From positions 4,464,001 to 4,528,000 of the forward strand of contig CM060732.1 in the NCBI GenBank assembly GCA_030704615.1: a stretch of DNA of 64,000 nt, written 5' to 3'. The notes under the pieces were generated by a model. It was not told the origin of the DNA and made no database searches. It saw only the letters and a program-made list of their open reading frames with translations. A program made the translations under genes and the position numbers. This document shows, in pieces, positions 24,987 to 39,182 of the stretch. Position 1 is the stretch's first letter. The number at the start of each line of letters is the position of its first letter. The stretch comes from Takakia lepidozioides. Lineage: Eukaryota; Plantae; Bryophyta.

Positions 24987-27900
24987 CATTACACGCCTCA
25001 TTAAAAAACGGAATGAAAAAAAAACCGTGAGCACGCGAAACACAGTCCCAAAGCAATAGCAGATCCAACGGAATACATTCAACGGGTGAAAGGATGGTTG
25101 CCCATCCAAATCATTTTTGTTTGCTTCCAAACTTTGCCAGTTTGTTCGAGACACCCTCTCACAGGTCCCGGACTAATATGAGATCAATCGAAATTCATTC
25201 GATGGCTCAACGGATGGTTGGCCATCGAAATAATTTTGGTTCGCTTTGAGACTTGGCCACTATGTTCAATGTGCCATGTAAGAGGCCCCAGAGTAATATG
25301 AGATCAATCGAAATTCGTTCAATGGGCCAACGGATGGTAGCCCATCCAAATAATTTTCGTTCGCTTTGAGACTTGGCCAGTGTGTTCAATGTACCCTCTG
25401 ATACGTCCCGGTGTAATACGAGATCAATCGAAAATCGTTCGATTGTCCAATGAGGCGTTCACTTGTCATCTGGTTTTTGTTCAATGCGAAAAAAGAAATC
25501 ATGCAATGCGTGCACGGCTATTGCACCCATTGAACGGATGTGATTGAAGCCCCTCTTTTGCCCCCATGTGCTGGAACATGTGTGGAGACACATTAGACGA
25601 ATAAATCATTTGCCTCCCCATAGACGCACTCACCCCTCAAGCCATTCCACAATTTAATTGAATTTAAATTCATTTTTAAGCCAATAAATAGGTTTGCACT
25701 GCCTTTCATCGGGGGTTTCTGGCACGTATCGATTTTGTTTTTGGCTCAAGCATCCCACCGCTACTCCCCCGCCAAAATTTGGACCAATAAAAAATGCCCC
25801 CCAAAAAAAGTGTTCTCTTCGCTCACTATTGCAGAACTCTCGATGAAGAGTGCATGAAGTTGAACACAAATCAAGTTTGGAGTGCAAAAACAGGGAAGAA
25901 ACTGTGGTTTTGGGTCCAAATGAATTATGTTGGCTCCCAAATTTGGCACGCACGTTGCATATGGCTACATTACACGCCCCATTCAAAAACGGAAATGAAA
26001 AAAAAACCGTGAGCACGCGAAACACAGTCCCAAAGCAATAGCAGATCCAACGGAATACATTCAACGGGTGAAAGGATGGTTGCCCATCCAAATCATTTTT
26101 GTTTGCTTCCAAACTTTGCCAGTTTGTTCGAGACACCCTCTCACAAGTCCCGGACTAATATGAGATCAATCGAAATTCATTCGATGGCTCAACGGATGGT
26201 TGGCCATCGACATGATTTTGGTTCGCTTTGAGACTTGGCCACTATGTTCAATGTGCCATGTAAGAGGCCCCAGAGTAATATGAGATCAATCAAAATTCGT
26301 TCAATGGGCCAACGGATGATTGCCCATCCAAATGATTTTCGTTCGCTTTGAAACTTGGCCAGTGTGTTCAATGTACCCTCTGACACGTCCCTGTGTAATA
26401 CGAGATCAATCGAAATTCGCTCGATTGTCAAACATCCATTCAATGGATGCAATAGCCGTGCACGCATTGCATGATTTCTTTTTCTCATTGAACAAAAACC
26501 AAATGACAAGTGAACGCCTCATTGGACAATCGAACAAATTTCGATTGATCTCGTATTACATCGGGACGTATCAGAGGGTACATTGAACACACTGGCCAAG
26601 TCCGAAAACGAACGAAAATCATTTGGATGGGCAACCATCCGTTGGCCCATTGAACGAATTTTGATTGATCTCATATTACTCTAGGGCCTCTAACATGGCA
26701 CATTGAACATAATGGCCAAGTCTCAAAGCGAACCAGAATCATTTCGATGGCCAACCATCCGTTGAGCCATCGAATGAATTTCGATTGATCTCATGTTAGT
26801 CTGGGACCTGTGAGAGGGTGTCTCGAACGTACTGAGGCGTTCACTTGTCATCTGGTTTTTGTTCAATGAGAAAAAGAAATCATGCAATGCGTGCACGGCT
26901 ATTGCATCCATTGAATGGATGTTTGACAATCGAGCGAATTTCGATTGATCTCGTATTACACCAGGACGTATCAGAGGGTACATTGAACACACTGGCCAAG
27001 TCTGAAAACGAACGAAAATCATTTGGATGGGCAACCATCCGTTGGCCCATTGAACGAATTTCGATTGATCTCATATTACTCTGGGGTCTCTTACATGGCA
27101 CATTGAACATAATGGCCAAGTCTCAAAGCGAACCAAAATCATTTCGATGGCCAACCATCCGTTGAGCCATTGAATGAATTTCGATTGATCTCATATTAGT
27201 CTGGGACCTGTGAGAAGGTGTCTCAAACGTACTGGCAAAGTTTGGAAGCAAACAAAAATGATTTGGATGGGCAACCATCCGTTCACCCGTTGAATGTATT
27301 CCGTTGGATCTGCTATTGCTTTGGGACTGTGTTTTGCGTGCTCACGGTTTTTTTTTCATTCGGTTTTTGAATGGGGCGTGTAATGTAGGCATATGCAATG
27401 TGCGTGCCAAATTTGGGAGCCAACATAATTCATTTGGACCCAAAACCACAGTTTCTTCCATGTTTTTGCACTCCAAATTTGATTTGTGTTCAACTTCATG
27501 CACTGTTCATCGAGAGTTCTGCAATAATGAGCGAAGAGAACACTTTTTTGGGGGCATTTTTTATTGGTCCAAATTTTGGCGGGGGAGTAGCGGTGGGATG
27601 CTTGAAGCTGCGAAACAAAATTGAGCCAAAAACAAAATCGATACGTGCCAGAAACCCCCAATGAAAGGCAGTGCAAACCGATTCATTGGCTTTAAAATGA
27701 ATTTAAATTCAATTAAATTGTGGAATGGCTTGAGGGGTGAGCGCGTCTATGGGGAGGCAAATGATTTATTCGTCTAATGTGTCTCCACACATGTTCCAGC
27801 ACATGGGGGCAAAAATGGGGCTTCAACCACATCCGTTCAATGGGTGCAATAGCCGTGCACGCATTGCAGGATTTCTTTTTCGTATTGAACAAAAACCAGA

Positions 27901-28975
27901 TGACAAGTGAACGCCTCATTGGACAATCGAACAAATTTTGATTGATCTCGTATTACACTGGGATGTATCAGAGGATACATTGAACACACTGGCCAAGTCT
28001 CAAATCGAACGAAAATCATTTGGATGGGCAACCATCCGTTGGCCCATTGAACGAATTTCGATTGATCTCATATTACTCTGGGGCCTCTTACAGGGCACAT
28101 TGAACATAGTGGCCAAGTCTCAAAGCGAACCAAAATTATTTCGATGGCCAACCATCCGTTGAGCCATCGAATGAATTTCGATTGATCTCATGTTAGTCCG
28201 GGACCTGTGAGAGGGTGTCTCGAACGTACTGGCAAAGTTTGGAAGCAAACAAAAATGATTTGGATGGGCAACCATCCGTTCACCCGTTGAACATATTCCG
28301 TTGGATCTGCTATTGCTTTGGGACTGTGTTTCGCGTGCTCACGGTTTTTTTTTTCATTCGGTTTTTGAATGGGGCGTGTAATGTAGCCATATGCAACGTG
28401 CGTGCCAAATTTGGGAGCCAACACAATTCATTTGGACCCAAAACCACAGTTTCTTCCCTGTTTTTGCACTCCAAACTTGATTTGTGTTCAACTTCATGCA
28501 CTATTCATCAAGAGTTCTGCAATAGTGAGCGAAGTGAACACTTTTTTTTGGGGGCATTTTTTATTGGTCCAAATTTTGGCGGGGGAGTAGCGGTGGGATG
28601 CTTGAAGCCGCAGAACAAAATTGAGCCAAAAACAAAATGGATACGTGCCAGAAACCCCCAATGAAAGGCAGTGCAAACCTATTTATTGGCTTTAAATGAA
28701 TTTAAATTCAATTAAATTGTGGAATGGCTTGAGGGTGAGTGCGTCTATGGGGAGGCAAATGATTTATTCGTCTAATGTGTCTCCACACATGTTCCAGCAC
28801 TTGGGGGCAAAAGAGGGGCTTCAACCACATCCGTTCAATGGGTGCAATAGCCGTGCATGCTTTGTAGGATTTCTTTTTCGCATTGAACAAAAACCAAATG
28901 TCAAGTGAACGCCTCATTAGACAATCGAACAAATTTCGATTGATCTCGTATTACACTGGGACGTATCAGAGGGTA
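24987..28975. repeat. ~1 kb-unit satellite-like repeat (about 4 units) with an internal inversion forming a large imperfect palindrome
   Basis: 24987 repeats at ~25968 (period ~980). 26834-28385 is the reverse complement of ~26520-24987. Each unit has ~115 bp subrepeats (gagatcaatcgaaattc). Confidence 0.9.
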
Positions 28976-29549
28976 AAGTGGGGGGAAAGGAGACGATAGC
29001 TCAAGGGTGAGGGAGAACACCGCACAGAGCCCGCGTAAAGTCGAGAGCCTAGCTGGAGAGCTCAAAAGCTTGTTGGAAGAGAGAGCTTATGTGGTCGACA
29101 TGCAACATTATAGAAGACGGCTGTGAGCAGCGGTGAATGAGGGGACGTTACGTTTCATGTGTGTGCATGTGATCACGAAAATCTATGATAAGCACATGAA
29201 GAGAGAGAGACAAGAGGAAGTAATGGCTGCCAACATCATTCGGAGGAGGGAAATGTAAGCATACATCGTATGAATGTTCACCATTCAGGGAGAGAAAGGG
29301 AGAAAAGGATGGAACGAGGTCACGACACTTTCGTTGGCGGTGAAGCGAGGACTTGCAAAACGGCTAAGTCCAAACACCACTCACCGCAACATGCAGAGCG
29401 CCTATCACCTAGTCATCCTCTCGTTCCAATGTCGTATGCTTGTTAGATAGTTATTTATTAAAAAAAAGTTGGCTAGTTAATTTGTTTGTTAAAAATAAAT
29501 AGGTAAATATGGCTTTCATGAATGTCTGTTCCTCCCTACAACAAAGCCA

Positions 29550-31000
29550 AAAGACAGTTTGGTTGAAGGCCATGAATTGCTCACACAATCTGAACTTACA
29601 CATTTCCTAAGTGAAGACTATCCAGGCTTGAGATAGCTCTCTCAAGGGATGAACTCCGGATTTTGAACCGTACTCAGTGTATTGACTATCTTCGCCTCCA
29701 TGATTAGGAATCTGACTTCACTTCACTTGAAGCCGCGCACTAACTGAGGTTAGATGATTACTAAGATGCATACATTTGGCTTCCAACTTCTCCAAGAACT
29801 TCCAGCTACTTCATAAACATAATTAGACCTAATGCTGAGGGAAAAACATACGTTGGATCAAATGGGCCCCAAAATCTGTTTCTTTCAGTTTGACTTGTTT
29901 CTTATCTCCCAATCCAAATGGCGGTGCCACCAAAATACTAGGATTAAGGTGGTGTTGCTTCCATAGGAAAAACTACAGTTTCAGAGTTGGCTGCAGCTTT
30001 TGGGGGGCAAGCGTCCAAACTGACGGGGCCCGTGGACATTAGCTCTGACACATTGTTGCGAGTATGGCTCCAGCAGGCTACTAACTCTTCCAGAGCCGGT
30101 TTAGAAACACCAACCCGATATTACAATGGTCATTGTGCCCGAATGATAATTATCTGGTGCTACATTAAGGTCTACCATTGACATCATGCTACTAGGGTTT
30201 TCCCAATAAAAAATTTGTCCTTCAGCAAAGAAACAGCCAAATCAAAGACAACTTATGAACCCCCTAGCATCTCCCCTCGAATTTGGAATGAAGCCTTGAG
30301 CACCATGTAGAAACGGAAGTGAAAAAAATGCAATCATGTGCTTTAGGATGGAGGGTGGGAAAGCAAAACCTTACAGAAAACATGACCAAAAGACCGCACA
30401 ACTTGCTAGCCTCGCAACGCTCAAGCCTTCCTGGCAATCTGTCCACCCTTTCCTCCTGTAGGTAGTCCAGAGGCCATGCTCACACAAATTGTACATAAAG
30501 CACTCATCTCTTTTGATCATCATAGTAAAGCTTCAGCTTTCCTGATATCCATTCCTTCCATCCTAAGCTGGGCCCTCCTTATCTATTTCCCATCCTTCAG
30601 AATTAGCATCCCCATCTTAAAAATGCACTCCTATTTTCTTCACATGTGCAAATGAGGACTTAAAGCCTGTGATGCTGTTCTCAAGTATCTCACATTTTTA
30701 GCTCAGAAACATTACATCTACCTGCACCACTGCCACTCCCATTACTTTTCTATTCCCAACCAATCCCCGCACCTCTGTTCACCAACCTTGAAAATCTTGA
30801 GGCTGTGGACGTTAGCTCTGACACACAGTTGCAAGTATGGCTCAAGCAGGCTGCTAACTCTTTCAGGGCCATTTTAGAAACACCAACCCACCTCCATGAA
30901 GCCACGAATGCTTAGGGTTTAGGTGACAAAGCCTCCACACCAGCGGGAATCACTATACAACCTTCTTCGCCACTCTTACCACAGACCAGGCTCACGCCCA
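29550..31000 (-). mobile_element. Possible highly degraded retroelement gag-like remnant with an internal ~85 bp duplication
   Basis: 30032-30117 resembles 30805-30889, both reading VGVSK.AL.EL.AC.SH..N.VSEL on the minus strand. There is a knuckle-like KLCG..GHV..C near 30360-30410 and many stops. Confidence 0.3.
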
Positions 31001-31454
31001 TGAGCGTCATAGCCCTGCAAACAAGAAGCTTCCGTGCCCCACTATCCTGGTGATTAGGTGCAATCCATGTATGTGGGGTGGCCTAGGATTCAAATCTTGC
31101 ATGATGTGATGATATATTGACTGAGATGGAGTTAAACAACAATCTTTTGAAGTTGGAAAAACCAAGAAATCCTCAAAAGAATTCCCAATCCCAACCAAAT
31201 TATGTGGATCTATGGTGGGATAAAAGTATTGTTGTGCTCCACGATGATTTTGGCGACAGCAGGGAATGGCGAGTTCCACCATCGGACACCTCTCAATAAG
31301 GTAGGCATGCCCTGATAACCCTATGGGGCGTGGAGCGACGCCATGGGGGATGACCCTTTCTTTGGACGTGGTCGGGGCCCACAAGCCACGCTATTAATGT
31401 GAAATGAGAGGCGATTTGGTAACCGGCTGGTATCAATTAATATATTAAGTTTGG

Positions 31455-31660
31455 TAGTTTGTTTTGTTTTGTTTTATTTTGTCATCGAGATCTCCCAAAT
31501 CGCAAAGCCTCCACCCAGATACCGCTGGAAAGCCCTCGATGCCTAGGGGTGCATCGAGATGGTTTCATTATTTTTGGACCTGTGGTGTGGGAGAGATTGG
31601 ATTTCAAGTATTTTTCTGTCACTAAAAATTCATAAAAAATAACAAACTGGGTTTTACTGG
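31455..31660 (-). repeat. Dispersed short repeat with a (CAAAA)n tail; opposite-orientation copies at ~59915-60098 and ~62145-62281
   Basis: Shared core gagatctccc..ggaaagccct(c/t)ga..aggggtgc..tttttggacctg.ggtgtggga and a caaaa-type tail. Confidence 0.7.
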
Positions 31661-32352
31661 AATTACGGCTCAATAGGGCCGTGGTGGGTGGGCCAAGACT
31701 CACCGCGACTCATCACCGGGAGTCGAGGGTTTTCGTGGTGGTTCACCATAAAATGGCAGGGTTGTTTGTGAAACCCCCGCGGACAGTCACAGAAGTATAT
31801 ATAGGGAGTAGTAACCCTGAGAACGGTGCAAGCCCGTTGGTGACCAAAAACTAGTGAGTAAGCGTGCGAGCCGGAAAGCGACCACTTGGTGTGGGGAGCT
31901 GTTCCGGACTGCCATTGACCAAAGGGAATTTCCACTTGGCCCCAAATTGAGAGAGGGTCTCGTGGAGGAGTAAAGGGGACCGTTATGTCCCGGTGAGCAG
32001 CCGAAGCTCCGAGTTGGCCCGGCGGCCAGTTTGGGAGTTAGGCGCGCGCATCAAAGCGAGTATCTATGACTTGAAGGGGAGCTTACCGAAGTGAGGCGCA
32101 TGACACTTGGTATCAGAGCTTAGAGTTCAGTACGCGATCGGCCTCATCATGGGGTCGGGCAAGCCAAAGCGAAAGCGGAACGGCCCGAAAGATGATGATC
32201 TTGGTGAGCCCGATGGGGGCGACGTGTCACCAAAGCGGCAATTTGAGGAGGCAATTCATGCTTTTGAAAGCGAGGCCGCTCAAGAACGGGAGGAATCTGG
32301 GGAGTCGGAGCCCGAGGACTTCCCGGAGGCTCCGCCAGACCAACAAATGCCT

Positions 32353-35300
32353 TGTCGCGGCCCTTTGCCTTGAGGGCAGGGGGTCGGGACACGAGAGGGG
32401 CTGCCCCTGTGGTGGGGGCAGTGGCAACAATAGATGCGAGGGCTGAAGCACCCTTGAGTGCCCAAGGCACTCAAGGAGGCGGAGGCGCTCACTAGGTGGA
32501 GCCCCGCACACCGGGTTGCGGTGGGGGTGGTTCCACGAGGGGTGGTGGTAGCTTAGTGGGACTTAGTGGGGGTGGCATAGGACTCACCATGGGGGCGGAG
32601 ACCTTGTGGTGGGAGTCGTGGGGAGTCTTGGGACTCATCACGGTCCAATGGGACCGTGGTGGGTAGGCCAAGACTCACCGCGACTCATCAACGGGAGTCG
32701 AGGGTTTTCGTGGTGGTTCGCCATAAAATGGTATGGTTGTTTGTGAAACCCACGCGGACAGTCACAGATGTATATATAGGGAGTAGTAACCCCGAGAACG
32801 ATGCAAGCCCGTTGGTGACCAAAAACTAGTGAGTAAGCGAGCGAGCTGGAAAGCGACCAAGAAGTGGGGAGCTATTCCGGACTGCCATCTACCAAATGAA
32901 AATTCCACTAGGCCCAAATTGGTGGAGGGTCAGTTGGGGGAGAAAAGGGGGGCCGTTATGTCCCGGTGAGCAAGCCGAAGCTCCGAGTTGGCCCGGCGGC
33001 CAGGTTGGGAGTTAGGCGCGCGCATCAAAGCGAGTAACTATGACTTGAAGGGAGCTTACCGAAGTGAGGTGCGCGACACTTGTATCAGAGCTTAGAGTTC
33101 ATACGCGATCGTCCTTGGGATCGGCCTCATCATGGGGTCGGGCAAGCCAAAGCGAAAGCGGAACGGCCCAAAAATGATGATCCTGGTGACCGATGGGGCG
33201 ACGTGTCACCGAAGCGGCCATTTGAGGAAGCGATGCATGTTTAAAGCGAGGCCACTCAAGAACGGGAGGAATGAGGAGTCGGAGCCCGAGGAATCCCTGA
33301 GAGCTCCGACAGACCAACAGATGCCTCCCATGCCAGATTTTGGGAAGGGTTGTTGGCGCAGTTTGGCGGACGTTGAAAGACGTGTTGTTGAAGGCGGCTA
33401 ATGTCACTTCCACTAAGGCAAAATTTAAGGTGAAGCCTAAGGAACCCGGCACCTTCGAGGGCGTCCGAAATCGGAAGGCACTCAACACCTGGCTCTGGAG
33501 CTAGAGCAGTACTTCCGGGCGGCCAAGTTGAGTGACGAGGATCGGGTGGAAGTGGCTCCCACCTATTTGAGGGGCTATGCTCAACAATGGTGGCAGAAAC
33601 GCCTTCACGACCGAGGGCCAAACCCGGAAACCTTGAACTGGAGTGGGTTCAAGGAACTGATGAAGAGACAGTTTGTGCCCCTCACGCGTCCTGGCTTGCC
33701 CGGGACAAGATGAGGAATTTGAAGCAAACGGATGACATTCGGGGATATGTTCAGGCTTTCAATGTGCTGTTGCTCGAAGTCGCGGACATGGCAGAACCAG
33801 AAATGGTCTTCAACTTTGTGGCGGGACTGGCCCCATGGGCCAGGCGGAAGTTGGAGGAGAAGCCACCTAAGACTTTGAACGAGGCAATTGAGAGGGCTGA
33901 ATGTTTCTCGGATGTTCCTAGGGGCGAAAGACAAGGCCGTACGGAGCTGAACCACAAGAAGACCCGGCGGGAGGTGACTCCTTCGACCGGAAAAGAAGTG
34001 GGATAGGCCACGCGGCGACAATGGCACGTGGAAAATGAAGGGAGGTCCTTCTTACGTCAAGGCGGCACCCGGTGCTCCGAAAGGAAAATCAGGTGCGGCG
34101 GCTTATGGCGGACAGAAGGTGACCTTTCGATGGAGTGTGTTTAATTGCGGGGAGCCCGGGCACATGGCTAAGAAGTGCACGAAACCCCGACAATTGAACA
34201 TGACTCGGGCGACCACAGAGCTGTCGGAAGATTCCATCAGCCGCTTGGTGGAAGCGGTGGTCGCCAAGACTTGCAAAGTAGGAAACTACTTTTGTGAGTT
34301 GTATCAAGAAACTGGCGCCTTACGTAAAGGGAGTTAGTTATTATTCGTGAGTGGGATAATTTCCGGAACTAACGTGTCGTTGTTGGTGGACACATGAGCG
34401 TCGCACTCCTTCATGACACCGACAACGGCACGGAAGCTGGGACTCCCGACAAGTGATGTGGGGGCTCTATTGAGGTGCGTTCTGCCAAAGGAGAACCACA
34501 ATTGGCGACGAGGTTGGCGTTCGATGTTCCTCTTCAGCTGGGGAGTTGGGAGGGACGTGAGAACTTCACCATTTGCGAGATCGATGGAGTGGATCTCATT
34601 TTGGGGATGACATTTTTGAGCAAATCCGGAGCGGTCATAGATGGCCGCAAGAGAATGAGTAGTCACGCTACCGTGTGGGAATGGTGGCGAAGTTTTAAGA
34701 GTGTCGGAAACGCCCAACCCAGTGGGAGGGCGAATAAACCTTTGTCAGCAAAGGAGTGGGCCGTGGAGGAGTCACACGAGCCCCAATTTTTGCTTTAAGT
34801 AAGACAAGTGAAGGGAGAAGGCGATGGGGAGCTGAGCCCAGATTGGATCAAGTGGATTTTGGAGAAATACCAGGATGTGATGCCGGAGGATTTACCAAGC
34901 GGTTGCCACCACGAAGAGGAGTTGACCACAAGATTGAGGTGATACCGGGATCGGACCGCCTCCAAGGGGCCCTACTGGTTGAGCCACAGAGAGTTGATCG
35001 AGCTGAAGACTCAGCTCAAGGATCTAATGTCAAAGGGGTACGTCCGGCCGAGTAAGTCACCTTACGGAGCCCCGGTGCTATTGCAGACAAGAAGGATGGG
35101 ATGCTGCGGATGTGTGTCGATTACAGGGCTCTGAATAAGGTGACTATCAAAACCGGTACCCTTTGCCAAGAATCGACGACCTCTTTGATCGGTTGGCAGG
35201 AGCGAAGTATTTCAGCCGGATCGATTTGCACTCCGGCTACCATCAAATCCGAGTGGCGGAAAGGAGATGAGGAGAAAACCGCGTGCAGGACAAGATATGG

Positions 35301-38300
35301 TTCGTATGAGTTCTTGGTGATGCCTTTTGGCTCACCAACGCACCCGCGACCTTTAGCACGCTAATGAACAGCCTTTTCCAAGAGTGGTTGGATGACTTTG
35401 TGATCGTGTACATCGACGACATCTTGGTGTACTCGAAAACAAAGGAAAAACACCTAGAGCACCTCAAATGGGTGTTCCAGAAATTGCGGGAAGGAAAGCT
35501 GTATGCCAAAGCTTCAAAGTGCGAATTCGGGTCACAAAGTGGAGTTCCTAGGGCATGTGATTACACAGGATGGGATCAAAATGGATGACAGAAGGTGAGG
35601 GCGATCTAGGACTGGGAGCCTCGACTTCCGTCCGGGAGTGCGATCCTTCCTAGGACTCGCCTCCTATTACCGGAAGTATGTGAGAAATTTCGCCAAGATC
35701 GGGGCCGCTGTAAAACCTTGTGTAAATCCAAAGTCTGGGTATGGAACACCTTTTGTGGCCAAGCTTTTGCCGATTGAAGCACGGATGGTGGAAGCTCCAG
35801 TCCTCAAAATCCCGGAGTTCGACCATCCATTTGAGATTCATACAGATGCGTCGGACTTCGCAATGGGGGGTACTTATGCAGATGGACGTCCAGTGGCTTA
35901 CGAAATAAGAAACTAAATGAAGTGGAGCGACGGTGGCCTACGCATGAGAAGAAATGAAAGCGGTGGTGCATTGCCTTGAGCTTTGGCGCCACTATGTTGG
36001 TTCCAACCCGGTGAAGGTGTTCACGGACAATGTCACGGTGAAGTATTTTGCCACGCAGCCTAAGTTGTCCCTAAAACAACTTAGGTGGCAAGATACTTTG
36101 GCAGTGATCGACGTGGATATCCAGTACAAACCAGGACGAGACAATGTGGTGGCCGATGCTTTAAGTAGAAAGCAGCAGCTCATGTTGGTGTACAGGGGCG
36201 AGACGGCGCTCCAAAGGAAGATCCGGAAGGCTTACCGGAAGGATGAGATGGCGAAGTCCGTGATGCAGGACTTGAGGATGGGGGTTAAATCGCAGTTCCA
36301 CTTGCAAAATGGACTGCTCCGGTATAAGCAAAAGCGTCTCTACGTGCCGAAGGGAGGGATCAGAGATAGTCTCTTGAGAGAATGCCATGATGGCCCGCTT
36401 GCGGGCCACGGCGGAGCCAATCGCACCGCGGCACTCTTGAAGAAAGAGTATTTCTGGCCCAAACTGAGGGAGGAGGCCGAGGAGTATGTCAAGACATGCA
36501 CCACATGCCAACAAAACTGGAGCGAGTAAAAAAAGCAAGCGGGCTGTTACAACCCTTGCCGATCCAGAGGGGTTGGGAAAGTGTCTCGATGGATTTCATG
36601 ACTGCTATGCCGCTGTCAAAAGGATTCGATGCAATCATGGTGGTGGTGGATAGGTTCAGTAAAATGGGCCATTTCATCCCCACCAAGGAGACGGCAACGG
36701 CGAAGGAGACGGGGCGACTTTATTTCGCCCACGTCTTCAAGCATCATGGACTCCAGAAGAATATTGTCTCGGACCGCGATCCAAAGTTTACGAGTAAATT
36801 TTGGAGGGCACTTTGGAAGAAAATGGGGACGAGGCTCAAGATGAGCACCGCCTTCCAACCTACGACAGACGGCCAAACGGAAAGGGTGAATTCCGTGGTG
36901 AAGCAGATCTTGCGGAATTACGTGTCGGTAGACCAATCGGACTGGGTGGAACACTTGGATGCGGCAGAGTTCTGTTATAATAACACAAAACACTCCGCAA
37001 CAGGGGTTTCTCCTTTCGTATTGGTCTATGGAAAAGCACCTATGGTGCCGACAAGTTGGGCCGCCCAGGACGTTGAGGAACCGGCAGCAGCGGCGGTGCT
37101 GGAAGAACGCGAGCGTTTGTTGGAGCTCGCAAAGTACAACATTGCCAAAGCTAGGAAACGGTATGAAAGGCAGGCGAAGTTCGTACCTCCGTATGTGGGA
37201 CCCTTTCGCATCCGGAAGGTTATGAATGAGGATGTGTATGAATTGGAGCTGCCGGCAAACAACAAAGTGCATCCGATATTCCACGTCTCCCTTTTGAAGC
37301 CTTACTTCAAAGATGAAGCGCGTCCGAATCGGCATCAAGTGTTGCGTCCGCCACTTGTGCTGTTGGATCATGAAAATGAACCTGAGTACGAGGTGGAGGC
37401 AATGCTTAAGTCAAGGAGGTTCAAGAATCAAGAAACAGAGTATCTAGTGAAATGGAAGGGCTATCATCATGTGGAGGCATCTTGGGTGCGTGCCTCAGAA
37501 ATGGGAAACGCATCCGAGGCGGTTGCAACTTTCGAAGAGCGACCTCAAAAGCGGAAGAAGCGTTGATGGGGACATCAACCTTGGATCGTGGGGGAGGAAA
37601 TGCATGCTTAGCCCGACTTAGCTAGCTTAGGAATCCGATTGCAAAAACTTGTGTTGTACAAATTTTGTTATAAATGAAATGGTTTCCAAATGTTGCGTCT
37701 CCTATTTTTGTTTGGAATGGTGATGCATGGTATGGTTGGCTAGTGTGTAGAATGCATGCTAGCTTACAAAAGTGGGAGAGGTAAATTGGATTGTGTTTGC
37801 GCAGTGCCAAAATTGGGTGACTCCCATCCAAGGGGCAAGGAAACTTGCGCCTTCTTTGGGGAGTTCACGTGCTAGTGCGCACCTGACGCGTGCGCGTACT
37901 ATAACTGTGCTACCGAGGGGGTTGCCTTGTAGTGCGGGCTAATGCGGAAGCTATGTGCTTCCGTTCACGTACTATAATCGTGTAGCCTCGGGACGAAGTC
38001 GTAGCGCAGCTTCGGCGTGTTCCCGTACCTCAGGCAAGCATTCCAAGGCGGACCCAATTGTAGTGATTGGGGCGCACGGTTGGTTCAAGCTTATTTTCCT
38101 AGTCAAAAAGGGTTCAAGGTGAACCCTTGTTCAAGGTAATGCCAAAAGCGGCATCATGAGCGGTCGCAAGCAATGTTGTTGCAGTAAGGCGATTCGATCC
38201 TCGGGGAGGATCGTTCCTTGGCCTTGAAATAGGCCAAGCAGAGTGCACTAGGTGGAGCTTGAGAGGCTCCACCCTTGGCCGGGACTTGGAGGAAGTCGGC

Positions 38301-39182
38301 CGAATTAGCTAGTGGAGAGTAGAGTCAAGTGGAGGTTTGGTTCTTTGTTATGGGATGCCATGGTATGGAAACAAACTCCTTGATGTGGGATGCCACAACT
38401 TGGATGTTCGTTTCTACAAAATGGACAAGTCGATGAGGACATCGACTTCCTGTTGGTAGGGGTGTGTATCGCGGCCCTTTGCCTTGAGGGCAGGGGGTCG
38501 GGACACGAGAGGGGCTGCCCTTGTGGTGGGGGCAGTGGCAACAATAGATGCGGGGGCTGAAGCACCCTTGAGTGCCCAAGGCACTCAAGAAGGCGGAGGC
38601 GCTCACTAGGTGGAGCCCCGCACACCGGGTTGCGGTGGGGGTGGTTCCACGAGGGGTGGTGGTAGCTTAGTGGGAGTGACATAGAACTCACCATGGGGGC
38701 GGAGACCTTGTGGTGGGAGTCGTGGGGAGTCTTGGGGCGCACCACGGTCCAATGGGATCGTGGTGGGTGGGCCAAGACTCACCGCGACTCATCACCGGGA
38801 GTCGAGGGTTTTTGTGGTGGTTCGCCTTAAAATGGCATGGTTGTTTGTGAAACCCCCGCGGACAGTCACAGAAGTATATATAGGGAGTAGTAACCCCAAG
38901 AACGGTGCAAGCCCGTTGGTGACCAAAAACTAGTGAGTAAGCGAGCGAGCTGGAAAGCGACCAAGAAGTGGGGAGCTATTCCGGACTGCCATCAACCAAA
39001 GGGAATTTCCACTAGGCCCAAATTGGTGGAGGGTCAGTTGGGGGAGAAAAGGGGGACCGTTATGTCCCGGTGAGCAGCCGAAGCTCCGAGTTGGCCCGGC
39101 GGCCAGGTTGGGAGTTAGGCGCACGCATCAAAGCGAGTAACTATGACTTGAAGGGGAGCTTACCGAAGTGAGGTGCGCAACA
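32353..39182 (+). mobile_element. Full-length Ty3/gypsy chromovirus of the same family nested in the gag region of the outer copy
   Basis: LTRs at 32353-33078 and 38467-39182, with a 5-bp TSD TGCCT at 32348-32352 and 39183-39187. PBS at ~33080 and PPT at ~38455. Domains: gag with CCHC knuckle, PR, RT (YIDD ~35410), RH (HTDAS), IN and chromodomain (EYEVEAML..YLVKWKGY..SW). Confidence 0.96.
33320..37566 (+). pseudogene. Frameshifted gag-pol polyprotein (GAG-PR-RT-RH-IN-chromodomain)
   Basis: ORF track segments 33587-34006, 34035-34337, 35101-35588, 35638-36529 and 36496-37566 tile the domains in order across frameshifts. Confidence 0.9.

Noticed and set aside
24921-28932. Repeated 60-160 aa ORFs in both orientations
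   Set aside because: They are products of the tandem/inverted repeat, with variable stops between units and no recognisable domain.
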